DNA from: Candidatus Latescibacterota bacterium
GTDB taxonomy: Bacteria > Latescibacterota > UBA2968
Reading direction: 5' to 3'
Assembly (NCBI GenBank): GCA_965208125.1
Contig: OZ242320.1
Coordinates: forward strand, 992,001-1,056,000
Length of the DNA stretch: 64,000 nucleotides
Below are positions 1 to 8,602 of the stretch, one piece after another. The notes beneath the pieces were generated by a model, which had not been told where the DNA came from, searched no databases, and saw nothing but the letters and a program-made list of their open reading frames with translations. Numbering within the stretch: the stretch's first letter is position 1; every line of letters begins with the position of its first letter. Position numbers and translations under genes: made by a program.

Positions 1-1379
1 TTGACATGATGAAAAACTTCTTCGCTCTGGGCCTGTCCTACTGGATTTTTGACCGCCCGATTGAGCCGACCATTCGCATGCTCGAAAAGAAATTTCAGGG
101 CAAAGACGAAATCATCGACGGCAATGTGAGCACCCTGAAAGCCGGCTACAACTTTGGTGAAACAGTCGAAGAATTTCAGGTTCAGTACCAGGTTAAAAAA
201 GCCGTCGTCGCACCGGGCACTTATCGCGCTGTCACGGGTACACAAGCCACGGCAATAGGCATGGTTACTGCGGCTCACAAAGCGGGCAAAACCCTCTTTT
301 ACGGCAGCTATCCCATCACGCCGGCCAGCGCGGTACTCGAAGAATTGGCCGCATTGAAAAATTTTGACGTGCGAACCTTTCAAGCAGAAGATGAAATTTC
401 CGCATTGGGCTCAGTCATTGGCGCTGCTTTCGGCGGCGCGTTTGCCGCCACGGGCACCAGTGGCCCCGGCATCGCACTGAAAAGCGAAGCCATGAACCTC
501 GCTCTGATGATGGAATTGCCCCTCGTTATCTGCGATTTTCAGCGCGGCGGTCCCAGCACCGGCATGCCCACCAAAACAGAACAATCGGATCTGCTCCAAT
601 GCATGTTTGGTCGCAATGGCGACAGTCCCATCCCCATTGTCTCACCGGCCACGCCCTCAGACTGCTTTGACATGGTCATCGAAGCGTTTCGCATCGCCGT
701 TGAAACCATGAGTCCGGTCATTTTCCTCTCCGATGGATACCTCAACACCAGCGCTGAGCCGTGGAAAATTCCCGATCCGGATGATATTCCGACCATACAG
801 ACCGAGCACAGGACCGATCCCGAAGACTTCTTGCCCTATCTGCGCGATCCAAAAACTCTATCTCGTCCCTGGGTATTGCCGGGCACACCGGGCCTTGAAC
901 ACAGACTGGGTGGACTGGGCAAAGAAGACGGTACAGGCAATGTATCCTACGACCCGGATGACAACCAGCACATGGCGAACATACGCGCCGAACGCCTGGC
1001 GCGCATCGCCGACCGCATTCCACTCCAGCACGTCATGGGTCCCAAATCGGGCGATCTGCTCGTCCTGGGCTGGGGATGTACTTATGGTGCGATCCGCTCG
1101 GGAGTGCGCCGAATGCGACAGCAGGGCTATTCGGTAGCCGCGGCACATCTGCGCTACCTCAACCCATTCCCCAAAAATCTGGGCGCGATACTATCGAGTT
1201 ACAAAACTATACTCGTGCCCGAACTCAACATGGGACAGCTGTCTTTGCTGCTCCAGGCCAAATATCCCACACAGGTCATCGTCCCCTTCAATAAAGTTCA
1301 GGGATTGCCCTTCAAAATTTCAGAAATCTCCGACAAAATTGCCGAAATACTGGGCGTTCCAAAGAGCGCATCGTTATAG
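1..1379 (+). CDS. korA: 2-oxoacid:ferredoxin oxidoreductase alpha subunit (5'-truncated by window edge)
   Basis: YPITPAS, QAEDEI, TSGPG and QRGGPSTGMPT motifs; followed by the beta subunit. Confidence 0.92.
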   Translation, partial: DMMKNFFALGLSYWIFDRPIEPTIRMLEKKFQGKDEIIDGNVSTLKAGYNFGETVEEFQVQYQVKKAVVAPGTYRAVTGTQATAIGMVTAAHKAGKTLFYGSYPITPASAVLEELAALKNFDVRTFQAEDEISALGSVIGAAFGGAFAATGTSGPGIALKSEAMNLALMMELPLVICDFQRGGPSTGMPTKTEQSDLLQCMFGRNGDSPIPIVSPATPSDCFDMVIEAFRIAVETMSPVIFLSDGYLNTSAEPWKIPDPDDIPTIQTEHRTDPEDFLPYLRDPKTLSRPWVLPGTPGLEHRLGGLGKEDGTGNVSYDPDDNQHMANIRAERLARIADRIPLQHVMGPKSGDLLVLGWGCTYGAIRSGVRRMRQQGYSVAAAHLRYLNPFPKNLGAILSSYKTILVPELNMGQLSLLLQAKYPTQVIVPFNKVQGLPFKISEISDKIAEILGVPKSASL

Positions 1380-1391
1380 AGGAATCCAAAC

Positions 1392-2933
1392 ATGGCAGAC
1401 GCTATTGAAACACTGACGCGAAAAGACTTCGTATCCGACCAGGAAGTGCGCTGGTGCCCCGGTTGTGGTGATTACGCCATCCTTGCACAGATGCAGCGCG
1501 TGTTGCCCGAAATGGGCATTGCGCGGGAAGATATGGTCTTTATATCGGGCATCGGTTGCTCCAGCCGCTTCCCCTATTACATGAACACGTACGGTCTGCA
1601 CACCATTCACGGTCGTGCGGCAACCGTGGCGACTGGCCTCAAAGTGGCCAATCCCGACCTCCACGTATGGGTAATCACCGGCGATGGCGACAGCCTATCC
1701 ATAGGCGGCAATCACCTGTTGCATGTGCTGCGTCGCAACGTCGATCTCAACATCATACTCTTCAACAATGCGATCTACGGCCTCACCAAAGGACAATATT
1801 CGCCCACATCGCCACCGGGCACGCGCACCTATTCGTCGCCCATGGGCTCTGTGGAACAGGACTTCAATGCCATCTCCGTTGCCCTGGCAGCCGAAGCCAC
1901 CTTTGTCGCCCGCAGTGTTGACCGCAACACCAAGCACATGGCCGAGATCCTCAAACGCGCCACCGAACATCGCGGCACGTCCTTTGTCGAAATTTACCAG
2001 AACTGCAACATCTACAACGACGGTGCCTGGTTTTTTGCCACCGAAGCAGATGTCAAAGACGACCAGACCGTCATTCTGGAACACGGCCAACCCATCATTT
2101 TTGGCAAAGACCGCGACAAAGGCATCCGCGTCAATGGACTCGCGCCCGAAGTCGTAACTCTGGGTAATGGCGTATCGGAAAGCGACTTGCTCACACACGA
2201 CGAAACCCTGGACAATCCAGCCCATGCGTATTTGCTCAGCCGCCTCACACATCCGGAATATCCCGTACCATTCGGCGTATTTCGCTGTGTCGAACGTCCA
2301 ATTTACGAAGAGCAAATCATCGCACAGGGCCGCCAGGCGGTTGAAGAACGCGGCGCAGGCGATCTCAATGCACTGTATCACGCGACAGACACCTGGATTG
2401 TTCCCGAAGGTCCCGACGCCGAAACCGTGCAAGAAGTCCACGAAGAATTGCCCACATCGAATATCATTCCCGATATCGAACAAGAAGACCCCATGGCACC
2501 GCGCACCGCGCTTCAGCAACTGCTCTACGACCCCATCTCATCCCTCGACCTGCCAGCACCCGAATGCGTATCCGCCGATACCTCGGTAGCCGATGCCGTC
2601 GAGACCATGCGCAGCAAAAATCTGGGTTGTTTGCTGGTCGTTGACAAACAGGGCTTGTTGCGCGGCATATTCGCACAGGGCGATCTCTTTGAAAAAGTTG
2701 CCGGGCGCGATATAGACCTGACAAAAATAACGGTCGATAGCCTGATGACCAAAGACCCCACTGCATTGAAAACATCTGATCCCATCGGTCACCTCCTGCA
2801 CCTGATGTCTCTGCACGGCTTCCGTCACATACCTATTGTAGATCCCGATGGGCGTCCCGTGGGCCTGGCATCCTTTAAAGTCATGCTCAAGTTCACCGGC
2901 GGCCTCTTCTCAGACGACATATCGCCCAACTAA
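1392..2933 (+). CDS. korB: 2-oxoacid:ferredoxin oxidoreductase beta subunit with C-terminal tandem CBS domains
   Basis: WCPGCGD, SGIGCS and GDGD..NN TPP motifs; last ~130 aa form a CBS pair (DTSVADAVETMRSKNLGCLLVVD; HGFRHIPIVD). Confidence 0.9.
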   Translation: MADAIETLTRKDFVSDQEVRWCPGCGDYAILAQMQRVLPEMGIAREDMVFISGIGCSSRFPYYMNTYGLHTIHGRAATVATGLKVANPDLHVWVITGDGDSLSIGGNHLLHVLRRNVDLNIILFNNAIYGLTKGQYSPTSPPGTRTYSSPMGSVEQDFNAISVALAAEATFVARSVDRNTKHMAEILKRATEHRGTSFVEIYQNCNIYNDGAWFFATEADVKDDQTVILEHGQPIIFGKDRDKGIRVNGLAPEVVTLGNGVSESDLLTHDETLDNPAHAYLLSRLTHPEYPVPFGVFRCVERPIYEEQIIAQGRQAVEERGAGDLNALYHATDTWIVPEGPDAETVQEVHEELPTSNIIPDIEQEDPMAPRTALQQLLYDPISSLDLPAPECVSADTSVADAVETMRSKNLGCLLVVDKQGLLRGIFAQGDLFEKVAGRDIDLTKITVDSLMTKDPTALKTSDPIGHLLHLMSLHGFRHIPIVDPDGRPVGLASFKVMLKFTGGLFSDDISPN

Positions 2934-2954
2934 CGCGCGTCAACATCACAGCGC

Positions 2955-2990
2955 AAAAAGAGTCCGCAAGCACCTCGCGGACTCTTTTTT
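2955..2990 (+). terminator. Rho-independent terminator (bidirectional-looking)
   Basis: AAAAAGAGTCCGC-loop-GCGGACTCTTTTT after korB. Confidence 0.8.
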
Positions 2991-2991
2991 A

Positions 2992-3042
2992 TTGGAGAAA
3001 AAATGAACGATGGAATCATCGGCTCGGGCGGTATGGCGAATC
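2992..3042 (+). repeat. Degenerate copy of the RBS and first codons of the downstream Gfo/Idh/MocA gene (copy 2 at 3881-3940)
   Basis: TTGGAG.AAAAATGAACGA...GG.ATCATCGGCTC.GGCGGTATGGCGA.TC at both sites; MNDGIIGSGGMA vs MNDIRIGIIGSGGMA. Confidence 0.85.
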
Positions 3043-3878
3043 AAAATAAAAGAGGAAAGCCTGCCTTGAGCACCGCTGCCGAACGCGACTATCTGTTGGG
3101 AACAAATGACGAGGAACTGCGCCGTCTGCAAGCACAACACAATACATGGCAAGCCGAAACCACAGACCTGTGGGATCGCGTCGGCTTTCGCGCTGGGCAA
3201 ACGATTCTCGACCTCGGTTGTGGCCCGGGATTTACGAGTTTAGAACTGGGCGAGCACGTGGGCACGGGTGGGCGCGTTCTCGCCGTAGATGGATCAAAGA
3301 AATTCGCGGACTTTCTCCGACACCGCGCTGCATCAGCCGGTATGACGCAAATCGAGGTCGTCGTAGCGGATGTCCGCACCCTTGACCTGCCAGCCGCTTC
3401 TATAGACGCTGCGTTCGCCCGTTGGCTACTCTGCTTCATAAAAGAGCCAAAAAAGGTGATTGAGCAGGTAGCCTGCACGCTTAAAAGGGGCGGGCACCTG
3501 CTCGTTATGGATTACTGCGCCTATGGGGCATTTGTCGCCCAGGTCCAATATCCCCACTTGCGGCGCGTACTGCAGGCGGTACACAGGAGCTTCGGCGATG
3601 GGCTCGAAATCGGCGATAAGCTACCCCAACTCATGGAACGTTGTGGCCTGGCGGTCGTGGAGGTCGTTCCTATCGGCGGCATTGCCCGCCCGGGCAACCG
3701 CATCTGGTGCTGGATAGAAGATTTCTTGCGCATGTATTTACCCGAACTCGTGGCACGCGGCGCATTGCGCGAAGAAGATTGCGCGGCGCATTGGGAAGAA
3801 TGGCAAACAAATGCCCGCGACCCACAAGCCACTATTTCATCGCCATCAATGACCGGCGTAATTGGCGTCAAGGTCTAA
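3003..3878 (+). CDS. Class I SAM-dependent methyltransferase (native start probably TTG 3066)
   Basis: ILDLGCGPG motif I; YLLG..DEE..RL..Q N-terminal motif; AGAGGA RBS before TTG 3066. Confidence 0.85.
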   Translation: MNDGIIGSGGMANQNKRGKPALSTAAERDYLLGTNDEELRRLQAQHNTWQAETTDLWDRVGFRAGQTILDLGCGPGFTSLELGEHVGTGGRVLAVDGSKKFADFLRHRAASAGMTQIEVVVADVRTLDLPAASIDAAFARWLLCFIKEPKKVIEQVACTLKRGGHLLVMDYCAYGAFVAQVQYPHLRRVLQAVHRSFGDGLEIGDKLPQLMERCGLAVVEVVPIGGIARPGNRIWCWIEDFLRMYLPELVARGALREEDCAAHWEEWQTNARDPQATISSPSMTGVIGVKV

Positions 3879-3891
3879 GTTTGGAGGAAAA

Positions 3892-4866
3892 ATGAACGAC
3901 ATTCGCATTGGCATCATCGGCTCAGGCGGTATGGCGAGTCGCCATGCCCAGAGCTTTTCCCGAACAGACGGCTTTGAACTCATTGTCATTGCTGCGCGAA
4001 ACATAGAAACCGGGCCAGCACTCGCCAACAAGCACGGTATAGATTACTTGCCGACCTATCGGGACATACTCAAACGCGACGACATCGACGCCATCGCAAT
4101 ATGCACCTACAACAATACCCACAGTGAAATCGCCCTTGCCGCGCTCGATGCAAACAAACACGTTTTTACCGAATATCCCGCGGCGCGCAATATCGATGAA
4201 GCGCGACAACTACTTTCCAGAATCGACCAATCATCTCGCGTCCTCCGCGTGGGCCACAACGAAGTACTCTCGCCATCTCACCGGGCACTCAAACGACAAA
4301 CAGCCCAAACGGGAAATCTCATAACCGCACTATTCACCCGCCTCACCCCGGGCCGAGGTCAACGCCCTGAAATCCTCTTTAATATTTCCATATCGGGTCC
4401 ACCAGCCCTCTTTTTTGTCTATAATATCTATCCACTCGTCGATTGTTTTGGTCCCGCCACCTGGGTTGAAGCCGCTGCCCACTATGAAAATCTGCGCGAT
4501 GACAGCACCTACGATAGCTTTGCAAATTCCGTCACAGTCGGTTTTGAAAACGGCGGTATTGGGCAATGGAACTGGACCGGTGGCATCGAAATCTCCCATG
4601 CCGAAGAATATCGCCACATCGTCATGACAGACGGGACGCTCGTCAACAGAGGCGATGGCTGGCACTTATCGATAAAATCAGGCGAACGCGACCTGCCCGC
4701 AGCCGAACCAACGGACATCACAATCCAAACCCAATTCCTCAACGACATCCACAATGGCAACTGGCAAACCGACGCCCGCACAGCCATCAACGCCGCGCTG
4801 ATCGGTCTCGCAGCCGAACGATCAATTGAGGAAAACCGCCGGATAACCCTCTCAGAACTTCTGTAA
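3892..4866 (+). CDS. Gfo/Idh/MocA family oxidoreductase
   Basis: IGIIGSGGMA Rossmann motif; KHVFTEYP (variant of EKP); GGAGG RBS. Confidence 0.85.
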   Translation: MNDIRIGIIGSGGMASRHAQSFSRTDGFELIVIAARNIETGPALANKHGIDYLPTYRDILKRDDIDAIAICTYNNTHSEIALAALDANKHVFTEYPAARNIDEARQLLSRIDQSSRVLRVGHNEVLSPSHRALKRQTAQTGNLITALFTRLTPGRGQRPEILFNISISGPPALFFVYNIYPLVDCFGPATWVEAAAHYENLRDDSTYDSFANSVTVGFENGGIGQWNWTGGIEISHAEEYRHIVMTDGTLVNRGDGWHLSIKSGERDLPAAEPTDITIQTQFLNDIHNGNWQTDARTAINAALIGLAAERSIEENRRITLSELL

Positions 4867-4948
4867 AAGCACAGAATATGCGTGACAGTCTGCGTTGTTT
4901 CGCGTATCATGAAGGTCAAAGTATCTTCTCTCATAACTTTAAAAAATC

Positions 4949-5815
4949 ATGACCCAAACCATTTCCTTAAGCGACCTGGACTTCCAGTCCAAAGACATCG
5001 ACCTTCAACGCGCTGCCGAGACATTCAAAACGCATGGCGCGATAGTCGTGCGGGGACTGCTCCGCGAATACATCGACGCGCTTCACCGCGACATCGAAGC
5101 CACGGCAAGGCAATCTCTCGCTCTCCTCGATCAAGCCACCGCAATCCCCGAAGGATGGCGCACGCCCAACAACACCCTCTTTATACCCGCGCCGGAAAAT
5201 TACGAACGCGACCGACAAATCATGGTCCTGGGCATCAACTACCACACCAGCGCCACCTTCTTTCGCTCGGCATTTCACCCGCCCACCCTCGACATAGTAG
5301 AAGCCATCCTCGGCCTCAACATCGAACTCTACGGCAACGGGCAATGCCTCTACAAAGAACCCGTCGGAGGCCATCCCAAACACCTGCACCAGGACTCGGC
5401 GTATTTTGAACACCGATACGAAGGACCCGTTGGCATCCTCACCTACGTCGTACCCACCGACCTCAACAACGGCGCCCTCCACGTCGTCCCCGGCTCTCAC
5501 AAACTCGGGCAACTCGACCACATAGACACCTTCTCGCACCTGGGACTCGCAGACCGCGAATGGCCCTGGGAGCGCGCCCTCCCAATACCCGGTCAACCCG
5601 GCGACGCCATCTTCTTCCACGTCAAAACCGTTCACGGCTCCAAACAAAACCACTCAGACAAACCCCGCCCCGTCTTCATACACCGCTACCGCAGAGCCGA
5701 TGACTACGTCGTCATACGCGGCACCACCACAAAAAACCGCGCAGAATCGTCAAAGCGTCCTGTAGAAGAAAAAAAAGAAAATGGATTCATGGTACGCGGT
5801 TTTCGTCCATATTAA
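4949..5815 (+). CDS. Phytanoyl-CoA dioxygenase (PhyH) family Fe(II)/2-oxoglutarate dioxygenase
   Basis: HQD facial-triad motif, NGALHVVPGSH, GDAIFFH...HGS. Confidence 0.9.
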   Translation: MTQTISLSDLDFQSKDIDLQRAAETFKTHGAIVVRGLLREYIDALHRDIEATARQSLALLDQATAIPEGWRTPNNTLFIPAPENYERDRQIMVLGINYHTSATFFRSAFHPPTLDIVEAILGLNIELYGNGQCLYKEPVGGHPKHLHQDSAYFEHRYEGPVGILTYVVPTDLNNGALHVVPGSHKLGQLDHIDTFSHLGLADREWPWERALPIPGQPGDAIFFHVKTVHGSKQNHSDKPRPVFIHRYRRADDYVVIRGTTTKNRAESSKRPVEEKKENGFMVRGFRPY

Positions 5816-5844
5816 AAAAGCGTGGGACATAATCCCACGCTTTT
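5816..5844. terminator. Bidirectional Rho-independent terminator
   Basis: AAAAGCGTGGGA-CATAA-TCCCACGCTTTT between convergent genes. Confidence 0.8.
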
Positions 5845-5866
5845 AATTTTCACCATCTGAACTTCC

Positions 5867-6070
5867 CTAAACCTGCGCCTCCACCATCACCTCAATAGCT
5901 GTCAGATGCGCTGCAACGCGCACATCCATCGGCTGTGCTGTCGGGCTTTCTGACGTCACCAGATGACTCGTATGCCCTCGCTGATACAAAGCAATGGGAA
6001 TACCCTCCCCGTACTTCCGCCTCGACACCTCCATATTGGGATGAATCACCCCATTGACCGCAACATCACC
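5867..6070 (-). pseudogene. Duplicated 3' end of the M14 peptidase gene (direct repeat 5877-6070 vs 9781-9974)
   Basis: 194-bp repeat with about 15 mismatches by manual alignment; encodes IHPNMEVSRRKYGEGIPIALYQRGH. Confidence 0.92.
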
Positions 6071-6172
6071 AACTATCAGATAAGCGGGGATAGGGGCGCA
6101 GCGGCTCTGCTGAGATTACCGCCTTCTACCCTGTATGGCAAAATGAGAAAACTGGGCATCAAAATTCCTTAA
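6062..6172 (+). pseudogene. C-terminal Fis-type HTH remnant of a sigma54 enhancer-binding protein (FhlA/HyfR-like)
   Basis: TNYQISGDRGAAALLRLPPSTLYGKMRKLGI; no AAA+ domain upstream. Confidence 0.8.
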
Positions 6173-6340
6173 GTTGTGTATCATATATTCTTAATATCGG
6201 CAATCGCCATATATGGTTAAATATCACCATATAAAGTTACCAAGAATATAAAATTTCAGACTGATTTTTATATATCCTTTTTTAACTACTTAAATATAAA
6301 TAATACTTTATGAGTAAAATCATCTTGTGACAAATTCATA

Positions 6341-6358
6341 TTGGCACGGATATTGCAT
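6341..6358 (+). promoter_or_regulatory. Sigma54 (-24/-12) promoter
   Basis: TTGGCACGGATATTGCA = TGGCACG-N4-TTGC with GG-N10-GC spacing; AT-rich upstream region 6172-6340. Confidence 0.85.
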
Positions 6359-6617
6359 GATTAGATCACATTTGCGAAGAAGAATATGTGCCCCAAAATT
6401 TGAACCGTTTTGAGGCTAATTTCCGCTGAGAATCAGCCGTGATATTTCTCAGCAAAAACAGCAGGAGGCCCTGTCGGATTGGTAGTCAGCCTGTGGCCTT
6501 CTGCCGCAACATACAGAGCGAGAATGGTCCAACAAACCATAACCTACTCTTTTTTAAAGAGGTAATTCGTCGTAATCGGCTTTCAAACACCGCGCAACAA
6601 CTTCTCCAGAAACATAT

Positions 6618-8585
6618 ATGCTGAGATTTGCTGAAGAAATACTGCTGCTGCTTCACAACGAAGATCGAGGCGATTTCGCGTCCGGTCTTGCGCCGCATGC
6701 ATTGAACATCGTCCTCGCTGGTGCCGTATTGATGGATTTGGCCCTTGAAAACCGCATCGATACCGATCTCGATCATCTCTTTTTGGCTGATGCCACGCCT
6801 CTTGAAGACGACCTGCTTGATCCCACCCTTGCCGACATCGCGCGCGATACGGACACACGAGACGCCAACTATTGGCTCGCACAAACGACCAAACGGGGCG
6901 ACGAAATCCGCGATAAAGCACTTGCGCGACTGATCAACCGGGGCATCCTGGAAGCCGAATCCGAAGGGATCTTCTTCCTTTCGCACCTGGTATCGCACTG
7001 CCGCCACTATCCAACCATTGATGGACAACCAGTAGAAGAAGTCCGGTTACGCATTATGCGCGTACTGTTCACCGATGAAATTCCGGACCCACGCGACATC
7101 GTCATTATCTGTCTGGCGGATGCCTGCGGCGTTTTCAAGAATATTTTATCCCAGTCAGAACTATCGGAGGTACAAGAACGGATCGAACTGATTCGAAAAA
7201 TGGACCTGATCGGCCAATCGGTTACCAGAGCGATTCGCAAGCATGAGCCTCCTACCCCTGTCCCTACTCCACGCAAGGAGATACCGCAGGCACCGGGGTT
7301 GCCGCTTATTGGCAACACCATCGGCATGAAGCGCGATTTGCGCTCGCTTCTCGTCAAACAATACCGAAACTTAGGGCCGATTTTTCGCATCAAGGCATTC
7401 AATCGCCGCTTCATCGCCCTCGTAGGTCCCGAGGCGAATACCTTCGTAAAGCGAGGGGGTAAGTACTTTCGCACGCTTGAAAACTGGGTGGATTACAACA
7501 AAGCTGGGGGCGTCGGACGCAACATAATCAGCATGGATGGCCCCGAACATATTCGCATGCGCAAAGAACTGGCGGATGTGTACACCCACCGCCTCATTGA
7601 AGGCCGCGTGGCAGACGTTGTCCGCGTTCTTCAACAAGATATCGCCGGATGGCCCCAGGACAAGCCGCTACCGGGCTTATACACCTGGCAGCGCATCGTC
7701 TTAAATCAGATCGGTGTGCTGGCCCTCAGCATGCCTGTACACGACTACTTAGACGACATTATGGTTTATTTTCACAGCAAGATGAAAACGTATATCATGC
7801 GGCAGCAACCCAGGCTGATGTTATATCGGCCACGCGTCCGGCGTGCCTTCAAGCGGATGGAAGAACTGACTCAGCGCATTCTGGCTGATCACGAACCAGA
7901 AAAACGCCGCAACAAGCCACCGGATACCATTGACCATTTGCTGGAACTGCACCGCAGGGATCCGCAATTTCTTCCCGAGACCGATTTAGAGGTAATAGGT
8001 CCTCTCACGGCCGGTCTCGATACCGTGGCAAATACCTGTGCCTTCATATTCTACGAACTGTTGAAGCGACCCGATCTGCGCGAGCAGGTAATTGCTGAAG
8101 CAGACGCCCTCTTTGACCAGGGTATGCCTGAGGTGAGCGACCTGCGTCAACTCGATGTCCTGCACCGCACGGCAATGGAAACCTTGCGCCTCTATCCCCT
8201 TGCACCGGTAATGTCATTGCGCACGGTAGCCAACTCATTTGAATTTGAGGGCTACAAGGTCTCTGCTGGCGAGACCCTTCTTATTGGATTCACAATACCG
8301 CACCTGATGTCAGAATATTTCCCCAATCCGGAGCGCTTCGATATCGACCGCTACACCGCAGAACGCGCTGAGCACCGCCAGCACGGGGTCTATGCCCCCT
8401 TCGGTTTAGGAGCGCATCGGTGTCTGGGTAGCAATCTCGCCGAGGCGTTCATTGCGCTCAACATGGCGGCCATCTTCCGCGAGGCCGATTTGGTTCTCGA
8501 TCCGCCCGATTGCGAATTAAAGACCAAACAGACCTATTCCCTTCTACCCTACTTCAAGTTCCGCCTGGTGCGTCGGCACCGATAG
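6618..8585 (+). CDS. GPP34 (GOLPH3/Vps74-like) domain fused to cytochrome P450
   Basis: First ~205 aa: LRFAEEILLL..LAGAVLMDLALENRI..RLINRGIL (GPP34). C-terminal P450: AGLDT I-helix, ETLR, PERF, FGLGAHRCLG heme ligand. Confidence 0.88.
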   Translation: MLRFAEEILLLLHNEDRGDFASGLAPHALNIVLAGAVLMDLALENRIDTDLDHLFLADATPLEDDLLDPTLADIARDTDTRDANYWLAQTTKRGDEIRDKALARLINRGILEAESEGIFFLSHLVSHCRHYPTIDGQPVEEVRLRIMRVLFTDEIPDPRDIVIICLADACGVFKNILSQSELSEVQERIELIRKMDLIGQSVTRAIRKHEPPTPVPTPRKEIPQAPGLPLIGNTIGMKRDLRSLLVKQYRNLGPIFRIKAFNRRFIALVGPEANTFVKRGGKYFRTLENWVDYNKAGGVGRNIISMDGPEHIRMRKELADVYTHRLIEGRVADVVRVLQQDIAGWPQDKPLPGLYTWQRIVLNQIGVLALSMPVHDYLDDIMVYFHSKMKTYIMRQQPRLMLYRPRVRRAFKRMEELTQRILADHEPEKRRNKPPDTIDHLLELHRRDPQFLPETDLEVIGPLTAGLDTVANTCAFIFYELLKRPDLREQVIAEADALFDQGMPEVSDLRQLDVLHRTAMETLRLYPLAPVMSLRTVANSFEFEGYKVSAGETLLIGFTIPHLMSEYFPNPERFDIDRYTAERAEHRQHGVYAPFGLGAHRCLGSNLAEAFIALNMAAIFREADLVLDPPDCELKTKQTYSLLPYFKFRLVRRHR

Positions 8586-8602
8586 CAAAATGGAGCGTCA
8601 AA

